Assembly: GCA_964019425.1 (NCBI GenBank)
Contig: OZ025805.1
Span: 744,001-808,000, forward strand
Direction: 5' to 3'
Source of the DNA: Flectonema sp. DT1601
Lineage: Eukaryota
DNA: 64,000 nucleotides
The notes under the pieces are model-generated. The model was given only the letters and a program-made list of their open reading frames with translations. It searched no databases and was not told where the DNA came from. Made by a program: the position numbers and the translations under genes. Shown here piece after piece: positions 1-12,300 of the stretch (positions are counted from its first letter, which is position 1; each line of letters begins with the position of its first letter).

Positions 1-792
1 CGTTACTTCCCACTTTATCGAAATTCACCGTGTGTGGAACTGGCAGGTTTTTAAAAAATTTGCGTGGAGTTGGCAAGTTTTTTGAAAGTTTACGTGTGGA
101 GCTGGCAGGTTTTTAAAAAATTGCGTGGAGTTGACAGGTTTTTTGAAACTTTGTGTGTGGGCTGACGAATTTTGCAAACTTTGCGTGTGGAGTTGGCAGG
201 TTTTTTGAAACTTTGTGTGTGGAACTGGCAGGTTTTTAAAAAATTTGCGTGGAGTTGGCAAGTTTTTTGAAAGTTTGCGTGTGGAGCTGGCAGGTTTTTA
301 AAAAAATTGTGTGTGGGCTGACGAATTTTGCAAACTTTGCGTGTGGAGCTGGCACGTTTTTAAAAAATTTGCGTGGAGTTGAGGTTTTTTGAAACTTTGC
401 GTGTGGGCTGACGAATTTTGCAAACTTTGCGTGTGGAGCTGGCACGTTTTTAAAAAAATTGCGTGGAGTTGGCAGGTTTTTTGAAACTTTGTGTGTGGAG
501 CTAGCAAGTTTTTAAAAAATTTGCGTGGAATTGACAGGTTTTTTGAAACTTTGCGTGTGGGCTGACGAATTTTGCAAACTTTGCGTGTGGAGCTGGCAGG
601 TTTTTAAAAAATTTGCGTGGAGTTGGCAGGTTTTTTGAAACTTTGTGTGTGGGCCGACGAATTTTGCAAACTTTGCGTGTGGAGCTGGCAGGTTTTCGAA
701 AAAATTGCGTGGAGTTGGCAAGTTTTTTAAAACTTTGTGTGTGGGCTGACGAATTTTGCAAACTTTGCGTGTGGAGTTGGCAGGTTTTTTGA

Positions 793-1003
793 TTTTTTTT
801 TTTTTCATGTTTGATTATTTCCTCTTAATTCTGTTCGTTTCTTTGAAACGAAAATTCATTTGAATATTATTACTTGGTCAGCAACCATCATTGTCGCCCT
901 TTGGGCCTGTTAAAAAAAATAAAAAATAAAAAGAAAGTTTACATCGGGAATAGGGCAGGAGCCAAAAGCTCCCAGTCCGTTACTTCCCACTTTATCGAAA
1001 TTC
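793..1003 (+). mobile_element. 211 bp 3'-tip fragment with a 63 bp internal deletion (short form)
   Basis: Same as the long form but joined across a ctctt microhomology (atttcctctt|aattc). Also at 3319-3529, 4313-4523 and 8115-8325. Confidence 0.93.
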
Positions 1004-2278
1004 ACCGTGTGTGGAACTGGCAGGTTTTTAAAAAATTTGCGTGGAGTTGGCAAGTTTTTTGAAAGTTTACGTGTGGAGCTGGCAGGTTTTTAAAAAATTT
1101 GCATGGAGTTGGCAGGTTTTTTGAAACTTTGTGTGTGGGCCGACGAATTTTGCAAACTTTGCGTGTGGAGCTGGCAGGTTTTTAAAAATTTGCGTGGAGT
1201 TGTCAGGTTTTTTGAAACTTTGCGTGTGGGCTGACGAATGTTGCAAACTTTGCGTGTGGAGCTGGCAAAATTTGCGTGGAATTGGCAAGTTTTTCGAAAG
1301 TTTGTGTGTGGAATTGGCAGGTTTTTAAAAAAATTGCGTGGAGTTGGCAGGTTTTTTAAAACTTTGTGTGGGCTGACGAATTTTGCAAACTTTGCGTGTA
1401 GATGGCAGGTTTTGCAAAATTTGCATGGAGTTGGCAGGTTTTTTGAAACTTTGTGTGTGGAACTGGCAGGTTTTTAAAAAATTTGCGTTGAGTTGACAGG
1501 TTTTTTGAAACTTTGTGTGTGGGCTGACGAATGTTGCAAACTTTGTGTGTGGAGCTGGCAGGTTTTTAAAAACTTTGCGTGTGGAGCTGGCAGGTTTTTA
1601 AAAAAATTGCGTGGAGTTGACAGGTTTTTTGAAACTTTGTGTGTGGGCTGACGAATTTTGCAAACTTTGCGTGTGGAGTTGGCAGGTTTTTTGAAACTTT
1701 GTGTGTGGAACTGGCAGGTTTTTAAAAAATTTGCGTGGAGTTGGCAAGTTTTTTGAAAGTTTGCGTGTGGAGCTGGCAGGTTTTTAAAAAAATTGTGTGT
1801 GGGCTGACGAATTTTGCAAACTTTGCGTGTGGAGCTGGCACGTTTTTAAAAAATTTGCGTGGAGTTGAGGTTTTTTGAAACTTTGCGTGTGGGCTGACGA
1901 ATTTTGCAAACTTTGCGTGTGGAGCTGGCACGTTTTTAAAAAAATTGCGTGGAGTTGGCAGGTTTTTTGAAACTTTGTGTGTGGAGCTAGCAAGTTTTTA
2001 AAAAATTTGCGTGGAATTGACAGGTTTTTTGAAACTTTGCGTGTGGGCTGACGAATTTTGCAAACTTTGCGTGTGGAGCTGGCAGGTTTTTAAAAATTTT
2101 GCGTGGAGTTGGCAGGTTTTTTGAAACTTTGTGTGTGGGCCGACGAATTTTGCAAACTTTGCGTGTGGAGCTGGCAGGTTTTCGAAAAAATTGCGTGGAG
2201 TTGGCAAGTTTTTTAAAACTTTGTGTGTGGGCTGACGAATTTTGCAAACTTTGCGTGTGGAGTTGGCAGGTTTTTTGA

Positions 2279-2328
2279 TTTTTTTTTTTTTCATGTTTGA
2301 TTATTTCCTCTTCATATTTTTTTTTTTC

Positions 2329-2360
<32 letters not shown>

Positions 2361-2552
2361 CTCTGCCTCTCTCTTAATTCTGTTCGTTTCTTTGAAACGA
2401 AAATTCATTTGAATATTATTACTTGGTCAGCAACCATCATTGTCGCCCTTTGGGCCTGTTAAAAAAAATAAAAAATAAAAAGAAAGTTTACATCGGGAAT
2501 AGGGCAGGAGCCAAAAGCTCCCAGTCCGTTACTTCCCACTTTATCGAAATTC
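2279..2552 (+). mobile_element. 274 bp 3'-terminal fragment of the retrotransposon embedded in the satellite HOR (representative long form)
   Basis: Matches the element 3' end (~17172-17443) ending ...ttatcgaaattc. Other long copies: 5526-5799, 7075-7348, 18661-18850 (interrupted), 30417-30690, 31718-31991, 33113-33386, 43722-43995, 45271-45543, 46819-47092, 48400-48673, 49949-50222, 51498-51771, 53109-53382; partial copy at 1-26. Confidence 0.95.
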
Positions 2553-5500
2553 ACCGTGTGTGGAACTGGCAGGTTTTTAAAAAATTTGCGTGGAGTTGGC
2601 AAGTTTTTTGAAAGTTTACGTGTGGAGCTGGCAGGTTTTTAAAAAATTGCGTGGAGTTGACAGGTTTTTTGAAACTTTGTGTGTGGGCTGACGAATTTTG
2701 CAAACTTTGCGTGTGGAGTTGGCAGGTTTTTTGAAACTTTGTGTGTGGAACTGGCAGGTTTTTAAAAAATTTGCGTGGAGTTGGCAAGTTTTTTGAAAGT
2801 TTGCGTGTGGAGCTGGCAGGTTTTTAAAAAAATTGTGTGTGGGCTGACGAATTTTGCAAACTTTGCGTGTGGAGCTGGCACGTTTTTAAAAAATTTGCGT
2901 GGAGTTGAGGTTTTTTGAAACTTTGCGTGTGGGCTGACGAATTTTGCAAACTTTGCGTGTGGAGCTGGCACGTTTTTAAAAAAATTGCGTGGAGTTGGCA
3001 GGTTTTTTGAAACTTTGTGTGTGGAGCTAGCAAGTTTTTAAAAAATTTGCGTGGAATTGACAGGTTTTTTGAAACTTTGCGTGTGGGCTGACGAATTTTG
3101 CAAACTTTGCGTGTGGAGCTGGCAGGTTTTTAAAAAATTTGCGTGGAGTTGGCAGGTTTTTTGAAACTTTGTGTGTGGGCCGACGAATTTTGCAAACTTT
3201 GCGTGTGGAGCTGGCAGGTTTTCGAAAAAATTGCGTGGAGTTGGCAAGTTGTTTAAAACTTTGTGTGTGGGCTGACGAATTTTGCAAACTTTGCGTGTGG
3301 AGTTGGCAGGTTTTTTGATTTTTTTTTTTTTCATGTTTGATTATTTCCTCTTAATTCTGTTCGTTTCTTTGAAACGAAAATTCATTTGAATATTATTACT
3401 TGGTCAGCAACCATCATTGTCGCCCTTTGGGCCTGTTAAAAAAAATAAAAAATAAAAAGAAAGTTTACATCGGGAATAGGGCAGGAGCCAAAAGCTCCCA
3501 GTCCGTTACTTCCCACTTTATCGAAATTCACCGTGTGTGGAACTGGCAGGTTTTTAAAAAATTTGCGTGGAGTTGGCAAGTTTTTTGAAAGTTTACGTGT
3601 GGAGCTGGCAGGTTTTTAAAAAATTTGCATGGAGTTGGCAGGTTTTTTGAAACTTTGTGTGTGGGCCGACGAATTTTGCAAACTTTGCGTGTGGAGCTGG
3701 CAGGTTTTTAAAAATTTGCGTGGAGTTGTCAGGTTTTTTGAAACTTTGCGTGTGGGCTGACGAATGTTGCAAACTTTGCGTGTGGAGCTGGCAAAATTTG
3801 CGTGGAATTGGCAAGTTTTTCGAAAGTTTGTGTGTGGAATTGGCAGGTTTTTAAAAAAATTGCGTGGAGTTGGCAGGTTTTTTAAAACTTTGTGTGGGCT
3901 GACGAATTTTGCAAACTTTGCGTGTAGATGGCAGGTTTTGCAAAATTTGCATGGAGTTGGCAGGTTTTTTGAAACTTTGTGTGTGGAACTGGCAGGTTTT
4001 TAAAAAATTTGCGTTGAGTTGACAGGTTTTTTGAAACTTTGTGTGTGGGCTGACGAATGTTGCAAACTTTGTGTGTGGAGCTGGCAGGTTTTTAAAAACT
4101 TTGCGTGTGGAGCTGGCAGGTTTTTAAAAAAATTGCGTGGAGTTGACAGGTTTTTTGAAACTTTGTGTGTGGGCCGACGAATTTTGCAAACTTTGCGTGT
4201 GGAGCTGGCAGGTTTTCGAAAAAATTGCGTGGAGTTGGCAAGTTGTTTAAAACTTTGTGTGTGGGCTGACGAATTTTGCAAACTTTGCGTGTGGAGTTGG
4301 CAGGTTTTTTGATTTTTTTTTTTTTCATGTTTGATTATTTCCTCTTAATTCTGTTCGTTTCTTTGAAACGAAAATTCATTTGAATATTATTACTTGGTCA
4401 GCAACCATCATTGTCGCCCTTTGGGCCTGTTAAAAAAAATAAAAAATAAAAAGAAAGTTTACATCGGGAATAGGGCAGGAGCCAAAAGCTCCCAGTCCGT
4501 TACTTCCCACTTTATCGAAATTCACCGTGTGTGGAACTGGCAGGTTTTTAAAAAATTTGCGTGGAGTTGGCAAGTTTTTTGAAAGTTTACGTGTGGAGCT
4601 GGCAGGTTTTTAAAAAATTTGCATGGAGTTGGCAGGTTTTTTGAAACTTTGTGTGTGGGCCGACGAATTTTGCAAACTTTGCGTGTGGAGCTGGCAGGTT
4701 TTTAAAAATTTGCGTGGAGTTGTCAGGTTTTTTGAAACTTTGCGTGTGGGCTGACGAATGTTGCAAACTTTGCGTGTGGAGCTGGCAAAATTTGCGTGGA
4801 ATTGGCAAGTTTTTCGAAAGTTTGTGTGTGGAATTGGCAGGTTTTTAAAAAAATTGCGTGGAGTTGACAGGTTTTTTGAAACTTTGTGTGTGGGCTGACG
4901 AATTTTGCAAACTTTGCGTGTGGAGTTGGCAGGTTTTTTGAAACTTTGTGTGTGGAACTGGCAGGTTTTTAAAAAATTTGCGTGGAGTTGGCAAGTTTTT
5001 TGAAAGTTTGCGTGTGGAGCTGGCAGGTTTTTAAAAAAATTGTGTGTGGGCTGACGAATTTTGCAAACTTTGCGTGTGGAGCTGGCACGTTTTTAAAAAA
5101 TTTGCGTGGAGTTGAGGTTTTTTGAAACTTTGCGTGTGGGCTGACGAATTTTGCAAACTTTGCGTGTGGAGCTGGCACGTTTTTAAAAAAATTGCGTGGA
5201 GTTGGCAGGTTTTTTGAAACTTTGTGTGTGGAGCTAGCAAGTTTTTAAAAAATTTGCGTGGAATTGACAGGTTTTTTGAAACTTTGCGTGTGGGCTGACG
5301 AATTTTGCAAACTTTGCGTGTGGAGCTGGCAGGTTTTTAAAAATTTTGCGTGGAGTTGGCAGGTTTTTTGAAACTTTGTGTGTGGGCCGACGAATTTTGC
5401 AAACTTTGCGTGTGGAGCTGGCAGGTTTTCGAAAAAATTGCGTGGAGTTGGCAAGTTTTTTAAAACTTTGTGTGTGGGCTGACGAATTTTGCAAACTTTG

Positions 5501-5575
5501 CGTGTGGAGTTGGCAGGTTTTTTGATTTTTTTTTTTTTCATGTTTGATTATTTCCTCTTCATATTTTTATTTTTC

Positions 5576-5607
<32 letters not shown>

Positions 5608-7124
5608 CTCTGCCTCTCTCTTAATTCTGTTCGTTTCTTTGAAACGAAAATTCATTTGAATATTATTACTTGGTCAGCAACCATCATTGTCGCCCTTTGG
5701 GCCTGTTAAAAAAAATAAAAAATAAAAAGAAAGTTTACATCGGGAATAGGGCAGGAGCCAAAAGCTCCCAGTCCGTTACTTCCCACTTTATCGAAATTCA
5801 CCGTGTGTGGAACTGGCAGGTTTTTAAAAAATTTGCGTGGAGTTGGCAAGTTTTTTGAAAGTTTACGTGTGGAGCTGGCAGGTTTTTAAAAAATTTGCAT
5901 GGAGTTGGCAGGTTTTTTGAAACTTTGTGTGTGGGCCGACGAATTTTGCAAACTTTGCGTGTGGAGCTGGCAGGTTTTTAAAAATTTGCGTGGAGTTGTC
6001 AGGTTTTTTGAAACTTTGCGTGTGGGCTGACGAATGTTGCAAACTTTGCGTGTGGAGCTGGCAAAATTTGCGTGGAATTGGCAAGTTTTTCGAAAGTTTG
6101 TGTGTGGAATTGGCAGGTTTTTAAAAAAATTGCGTGGAGTTGGCAGGTTTTTTAAAACTTTGTGTGGGCTGACGAATTTTGCAAACTTTGCGTGTAGATG
6201 GCAGGTTTTGCAAAATTTGCATGGAGTTGGCAGGTTTTTTGAAACTTTGTGTGTGGAACTGGCAGGTTTTTAAAAAATTTGCGTTGAGTTGACAGGTTTT
6301 TTGAAACTTTGTGTGTGGGCTGACGAATGTTGCAAACTTTGTGTGTGGAGCTGGCAGGTTTTTAAAAACTTTGCGTGTGGAGCTGGCAGGTTTTTAAAAA
6401 AATTGCGTGGAGTTGACAGGTTTTTTGAAACTTTGTGTGTGGGCTGACGAATTTTGCAAACTTTGCGTGTGGAGTTGGCAGGTTTTTTGAAACTTTGTGT
6501 GTGGAACTGGCAGGTTTTTAAAAAATTTGCGTGGAGTTGGCAAGTTTTTTGAAAGTTTGCGTGTGGAGCTGGCAGGTTTTTAAAAAAATTGTGTGTGGGC
6601 TGACGAATTTTGCAAACTTTGCGTGTGGAGCTGGCACGTTTTTAAAAAATTTGCGTGGAGTTGAGGTTTTTTGAAACTTTGCGTGTGGGCTGACGAATTT
6701 TGCAAACTTTGCGTGTGGAGCTGGCACGTTTTTAAAAAAATTGCGTGGAGTTGGCAGGTTTTTTGAAACTTTGTGTGTGGAGCTAGCAAGTTTTTAAAAA
6801 ATTTGCGTGGAATTGACAGGTTTTTTGAAACTTTGCGTGTGGGCTGACGAATTTTGCAAACTTTGCGTGTGGAGCTGGCAGGTTTTTAAAAATTTTGCGT
6901 GGAGTTGGCAGGTTTTTTGAAACTTTGTGTGTGGGCCGACGAATTTTGCAAACTTTGCGTGTGGAGCTGGCAGGTTTTCGAAAAAATTGCGTGGAGTTGG
7001 CAAGTTTTTTAAAACTTTGTGTGTGGGCTGACGAATTTTGCAAACTTTGCGTGTGGAGTTGGCAGGTTTTTTGATTTTTTTTTTTTTCATGTTTGATTAT
7101 TTCCTCTTCATATTTTTTTTTTTC

Positions 7125-7156
<32 letters not shown>

Positions 7157-9332
7157 CTCTGCCTCTCTCTTAATTCTGTTCGTTTCTTTGAAACGAAAAT
7201 TCATTTGAATATTATTACTTGGTCAGCAACCATCATTGTCGCCCTTTGGGCCTGTTAAAAAAAATAAAAAATAAAAAGAAAGTTTACATCGGGAATAGGG
7301 CAGGAGCCAAAAGCTCCCAGTCCGTTACTTCCCACTTTATCGAAATTCACCGTGTGTGGAACTGGCAGGTTTTTAAAAAATTTGCGTGGAGTTGGCAAGT
7401 TTTTTGAAAGTTTACGTGTGGAGCTGGCAGGTTTTTAAAAAATTGCGTGGAGTTGACAGGTTTTTTGAAACTTTGTGTGTGGGCTGACGAATTTTGCAAA
7501 CTTTGCGTGTGGAGTTGGCAGGTTTTTTGAAACTTTGTGTGTGGAACTGGCAGGTTTTTAAAAAATTTGCGTGGAGTTGGCAAGTTTTTTGAAAGTTTGC
7601 GTGTGGAGCTGGCAGGTTTTTAAAAAAATTGTGTGTGGGCTGACGAATTTTGCAAACTTTGCGTGTGGAGCTGGCACGTTTTTAAAAAATTTGCGTGGAG
7701 TTGAGGTTTTTTGAAACTTTGCGTGTGGGCTGACGAATTTTGCAAACTTTGCGTGTGGAGCTGGCACGTTTTTAAAAAAATTGCGTGGAGTTGGCAGGTT
7801 TTTTGAAACTTTGTGTGTGGAGCTAGCAAGTTTTTAAAAAATTTGCGTGGAATTGACAGGTTTTTTGAAACTTTGCGTGTGGGCTGACGAATTTTGCAAA
7901 CTTTGCGTGTGGAGCTGGCAGGTTTTTAAAAAATTTGCGTGGAGTTGGCAGGTTTTTTGAAACTTTGTGTGTGGGCCGACGAATTTTGCAAACTTTGCGT
8001 GTGGAGCTGGCAGGTTTTCGAAAAAATTGCGTGGAGTTGGCAAGTTTTTTAAAACTTTGTGTGTGGGCTGACGAATTTTGCAAACTTTGCGTGTGGAGTT
8101 GGCAGGTTTTTTGATTTTTTTTTTTTTCATGTTTGATTATTTCCTCTTAATTCTGTTCGTTTCTTTGAAACGAAAATTCATTTGAATATTATTACTTGGT
8201 CAGCAACCATCATTGTCGCCCTTTGGGCCTGTTAAAAAAAATAAAAAATAAAAAGAAAGTTTACATCGGGAATAGGGCAGGAGCCAAAAGCTCCCAGTCC
8301 GTTACTTCCCACTTTATCGAAATTCACCGTGTGTGGAACTGGCAGGTTTTTAAAAAATTTGCGTGGAGTTGGCAAGTTTTTTGAAAGTTTACGTGTGGAG
8401 CTGGCAGGTTTTTAAAAAATTTGCATGGAGTTGGCAGGTTTTTTGAAACTTTGTGTGTGGGCCGACGAATTTTGCAAACTTTGCGTGTGGAGCTGGCAGG
8501 TTTTTAAAAATTTGCGTGGAGTTGTCAGGTTTTTTGAAACTTTGCGTGTGGGCTGACGAATGTTGCAAACTTTGCGTGTGGAGCTGGCAAAATTTGCGTG
8601 GAATTGGCAAGTTTTTCGAAAGTTTGTGTGTGGAATTGGCAGGTTTTTAAAAAAATTGCGTGGAGTTGGCAGGTTTTTTAAAACTTTGTGTGGGCTGACG
8701 AATTTTGCAAACTTTGCGTGTAGATGGCAGGTTTTGCAAAATTTGCATGGAGTTGGCAGGTTTTTTGAAACTTTGTGTGTGGAACTGGCAGGTTTTTAAA
8801 AAATTTGCGTTGAGTTGACAGGTTTTTTGAAACTTTGTGTGTGGGCTGACGAATGTTGCAAACTTTGTGTGTGGAGCTGGCAGGTTTTTAAAAACTTTGC
8901 GTGTGGAGCTGGCAGGTTTTTAAAAAAATTGCGTGGAGTTGACAGGTTTTTTGAAACTTTGTGTGTGGGCTGACGAATTTTGCAAACTTTGCGTGTGGAG
9001 TTGGCAGGTTTTTTGAAACTTTGTGTGTGGAACTGGCAGGTTTTTAAAAAATTTGCGTGGAGTTGGCAAGTTTTTTGAAAGTTTGCGTGTGGAGCTGGCA
9101 GGTTTTTAAAAAAATTGTGTGTGGGCTGACGAATTTTGCAAACTTTGCGTGTGGAGCTGGCACGTTTTTAAAAAATTTGCGTGGAGTTGAGGTTTTTTGA
9201 AACTTTGCGTGTGGGCTGACGAATTTTGCAAACTTTGCGTGTGGAGCTGGCACGTTTTTAAAAAAATTGCGTGGAGTTGGCAGGTATTTTGAAACTTTGT
9301 GTGTGGAGCTAGCAAGTTTTTAAAAAATTTGC

Positions 9333-12300
9333 GTGGAATTGACAGGTTTTTTGATTTTCGTTCCTTATAACTCTACAACACCCACTTTTACCCCGTTACA
9401 CCCGTCTCGTCTCAAATTCCGATCTTTTGGAACTAAATGGAAGGACATCGACGTTTCTGCTGCAGAAAAACTTCAAACTTTCACCGTCGAAACAGAAAAC
9501 TCTTCAAAACCTGCCGACCAACTTGATAAACTACTCAAAACGGTTTATCAAATATGTAGCGGTTTCTTTGAAGAAACAAAGCGGAATTTACCCCGCAAAC
9601 AGAAATCAAGGGAAGAGGTCATCCTCGACCAAGAAAAACTTGAATGTCGTCTGGAAATGAAACAGCTAAGACAGGAGCTCCGCAAATCCGGGCCTTCTAT
9701 AGAGAACGCTGTCAAATGGAAAGAGGCAAGAACGAGAATGAAAAGGATTTTCCGAATGTATCGGAATTTAGAAAAGAAAAATTTATTCAAAAAATTACAA
9801 GATAAATTTCGTCAAAATCCGTTTACTGCCATAAAAGAAGAACTCCAAAAAGAAGATCCTCAACCCCCCTCCCTTGATATTCCAGAGGAAAAAATAATTG
9901 AACATTTTAAAAACAATTATTGTGACAATGAAAAAAAAAAAACTGATTTCACCCATCCCTCTTTTTTACCTAAGTCTGACTACAAGACAATGGATGATAT
10001 CCAGTTCCCGAGCTTCGAACAGTTTGGTATTCTCTTATCAAAGAAAAAAAACAAATGTGCCCCTGGTCCCAATTGCATACCTTATGTTGTATGGAAAAAG
10101 GTCCCAACTTTTATGGAAGCACTTTACAAGGTATTAAAGAGAATTTTCGAACTCAAGGCCTATCCGGATAGTTGGGGCTTAGCATTTGTAACAATGCTCC
10201 CAAAGCCCAACTCCGATGGGAAAGACATCTCGAAAACGAGACCGATAGCTGTGGGCAACTGCGACGGGAAAATTTTTAATACGGTTATTCAGGAAGCCGT
10301 CGCAAACCACACTCTTTCTAAATTTAATTTTCAAAAAGGCTTTAGGAAAGGTGTCTCTGGGTGTATCGAACATGCCACGATCACCTCAGAGATTTTTAAA
10401 GAAGTGAAAGCTCTCCGGAAAAACCTAACAATTGTCTGGGTGGATTTGGCAGATGCTTTCGGCTCAGTCAAACATCAATTAATTTTCTTTGCTTTAAAAT
10501 ATTTCGGAATTCACGAAAGAATAATCGGTTTCTATAAAAGGTATTATTCCTCCATGCGCGTCCAAATCAGAGTTGGAGAAGGCCTGACGCCCACTATCCC
10601 TTTTGAAGTTGGTGTCTTTCAAGGCTGCGTTTCCTCCCCAACCCTTTTTAATTTGGTATTCCAACTACTGCTCTTTTCCTTAGCAGTTCATCAACAGGAA
10701 GCCTACGAGTTTAACAATAAATCCCTCCAACTATTAGTTGCAGCTTTTGCTGATGATTTACAACTTACCACGTCATCAAAGGCGGGGGCAAAATTGCTAA
10801 TCAAGTCGCTCGAACAGTTTCTTTCCTGGTCTCGTGGTATGAAAGCGAAACCCCAGAAATGCATTGCCCACAGCTTTGTACAAGGGAAACCAGCTAACCC
10901 GGACCTGAAGATTAACAATGTTCCGATTACGAATCTCCAGGAAGCTGGAGAGTTCAAATACCTCGGGCGTTGGTTTGAGCCGAACGCCAAAGAACAGAAA
11001 TTACGAGAGCGCCTGACCACTTTTACCAGGAATTTTTTAAAAAAAGTCGACGCCATGCCACTATATGGGTCTCAGAAGGCTTGGTCTGTCCAACACTTGT
11101 TATTGTCAAGGTTAACATGGAGTTTAATGATCCATGACTTATCTCTCCCTTTTGCCAAAAAAATGGACAAAATTATTAAACCTTTTTTGAAGAAATGGTG
11201 GGGATTTGTCCGCTCTGCGAACACAGTCATCCTTTTTACCGGTTCAAAGAACACTGTTGGTCTCAGACACAAAAGAGTTGAGACGCTATATAAACAAGCG
11301 CAATCAATTAAACTAGACATCCTCAGATCCTCACAAGACTCTGACATGCACGGTGTCTACAATGTTATTATGGAGAAATCGTCCAACTGGTCGAAAAAGT
11401 TTTCAGCTTCTGCTGAGTGGGAGCGCCTTATTAAGTTTTTTTCTTACCGTTCTCTTGCGAAGCAATCAGCTGGTCTTGGTCACCGATTGCGCGATCTACG
11501 TACTACTCGCCCCGATCTCCTTAAGCGTTTTGAAGTGGAAGCCACAGATGAACTACTGAACTCTTTGAATAAATTACAAGTCCAAGGTCAGTGGAAGGAG
11601 TGGTCTAAATGTATGATAAACGACTTCACCTGGAATAAGGTACTTAGGGAGGGAAATCCTGCCTATATCTCATTTCAACTGAAAGCGGTTACAAACACCC
11701 TCCCCTCACAAGATAATTTAAAGAGGTGGAACATCACCAATGTGGACCAAAATTGTGTTTTGTGTGGCAAAGTGAATCCTACCCTCAGGCATGTCTTAAC
11801 AGGCTGTCCTGTCTCTTTAACACAAGGGAGGTTCACGTGGCGTCACGACAGCGTTCTAAAACGCATTGTTATCTTCTTGGAAGAGTTGATAATAAAAGCC
11901 AACAAAAGAAAAGAAAACCTCCCGCCTCCCTCTCAAACTTTTTTAAAAACAGGGGAAAATAAACCCCTAGAAAGAATTTCTAAAGAGACAGGCGAACTTT
12001 CACTAGCGAATGATTGGGTCATCCTCGACGATGTCGGTGATAACCGCCTAATTGTTCCTCTTGAAGTGTGCCATGTCTCGTCCTCTCTAAGACCAGACAT
12101 TTTTATTTATTCTTTTTTTGCGAAAAGAGCACTGATTCTGGAGCTGACGTGTCCAAATGAAGATCGTTTCGAAACCTCTCATGTCTTAAAGGAAAAGAAA
12201 TACCTAAAGCTAAGAGACTCGATCATCGCTAATGGCTTCGACTGTAACATTTTTACTATTGAAGTTGGCGTACGAGGAAACATCTGCATGGACCAGCTGA

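Larger units (their letters stand above)
1..9354. repeat. Satellite array block 1 (30-32 bp monomers, HOR units 977-1549 bp, each carrying a retrotransposon 3' tip)
   Basis: Monomer types aaactttg(c/t)gtgtgggc(t/c)gacgaattttgc (30 bp), aaactttgcgtgtggagctggcaggtttttaa (32 bp) and aaaatttgcgtggagttggcaggttttttg (30 bp). The tip marker ORF 'MVSNHH' recurs at 874, 2423, 3400, 4394, 5670, 7219 and 8196 (spacings 1549/977/994/1276/1549/977). The array runs off the left edge. Confidence 0.98.

Noticed and set aside
9333..9356. MELTGFLI N-terminus as a genuine satellite-RT fusion start
   Set aside because: It is a GTG inside a satellite monomer that happens to be in frame with the truncation point; there is no evidence it is used.
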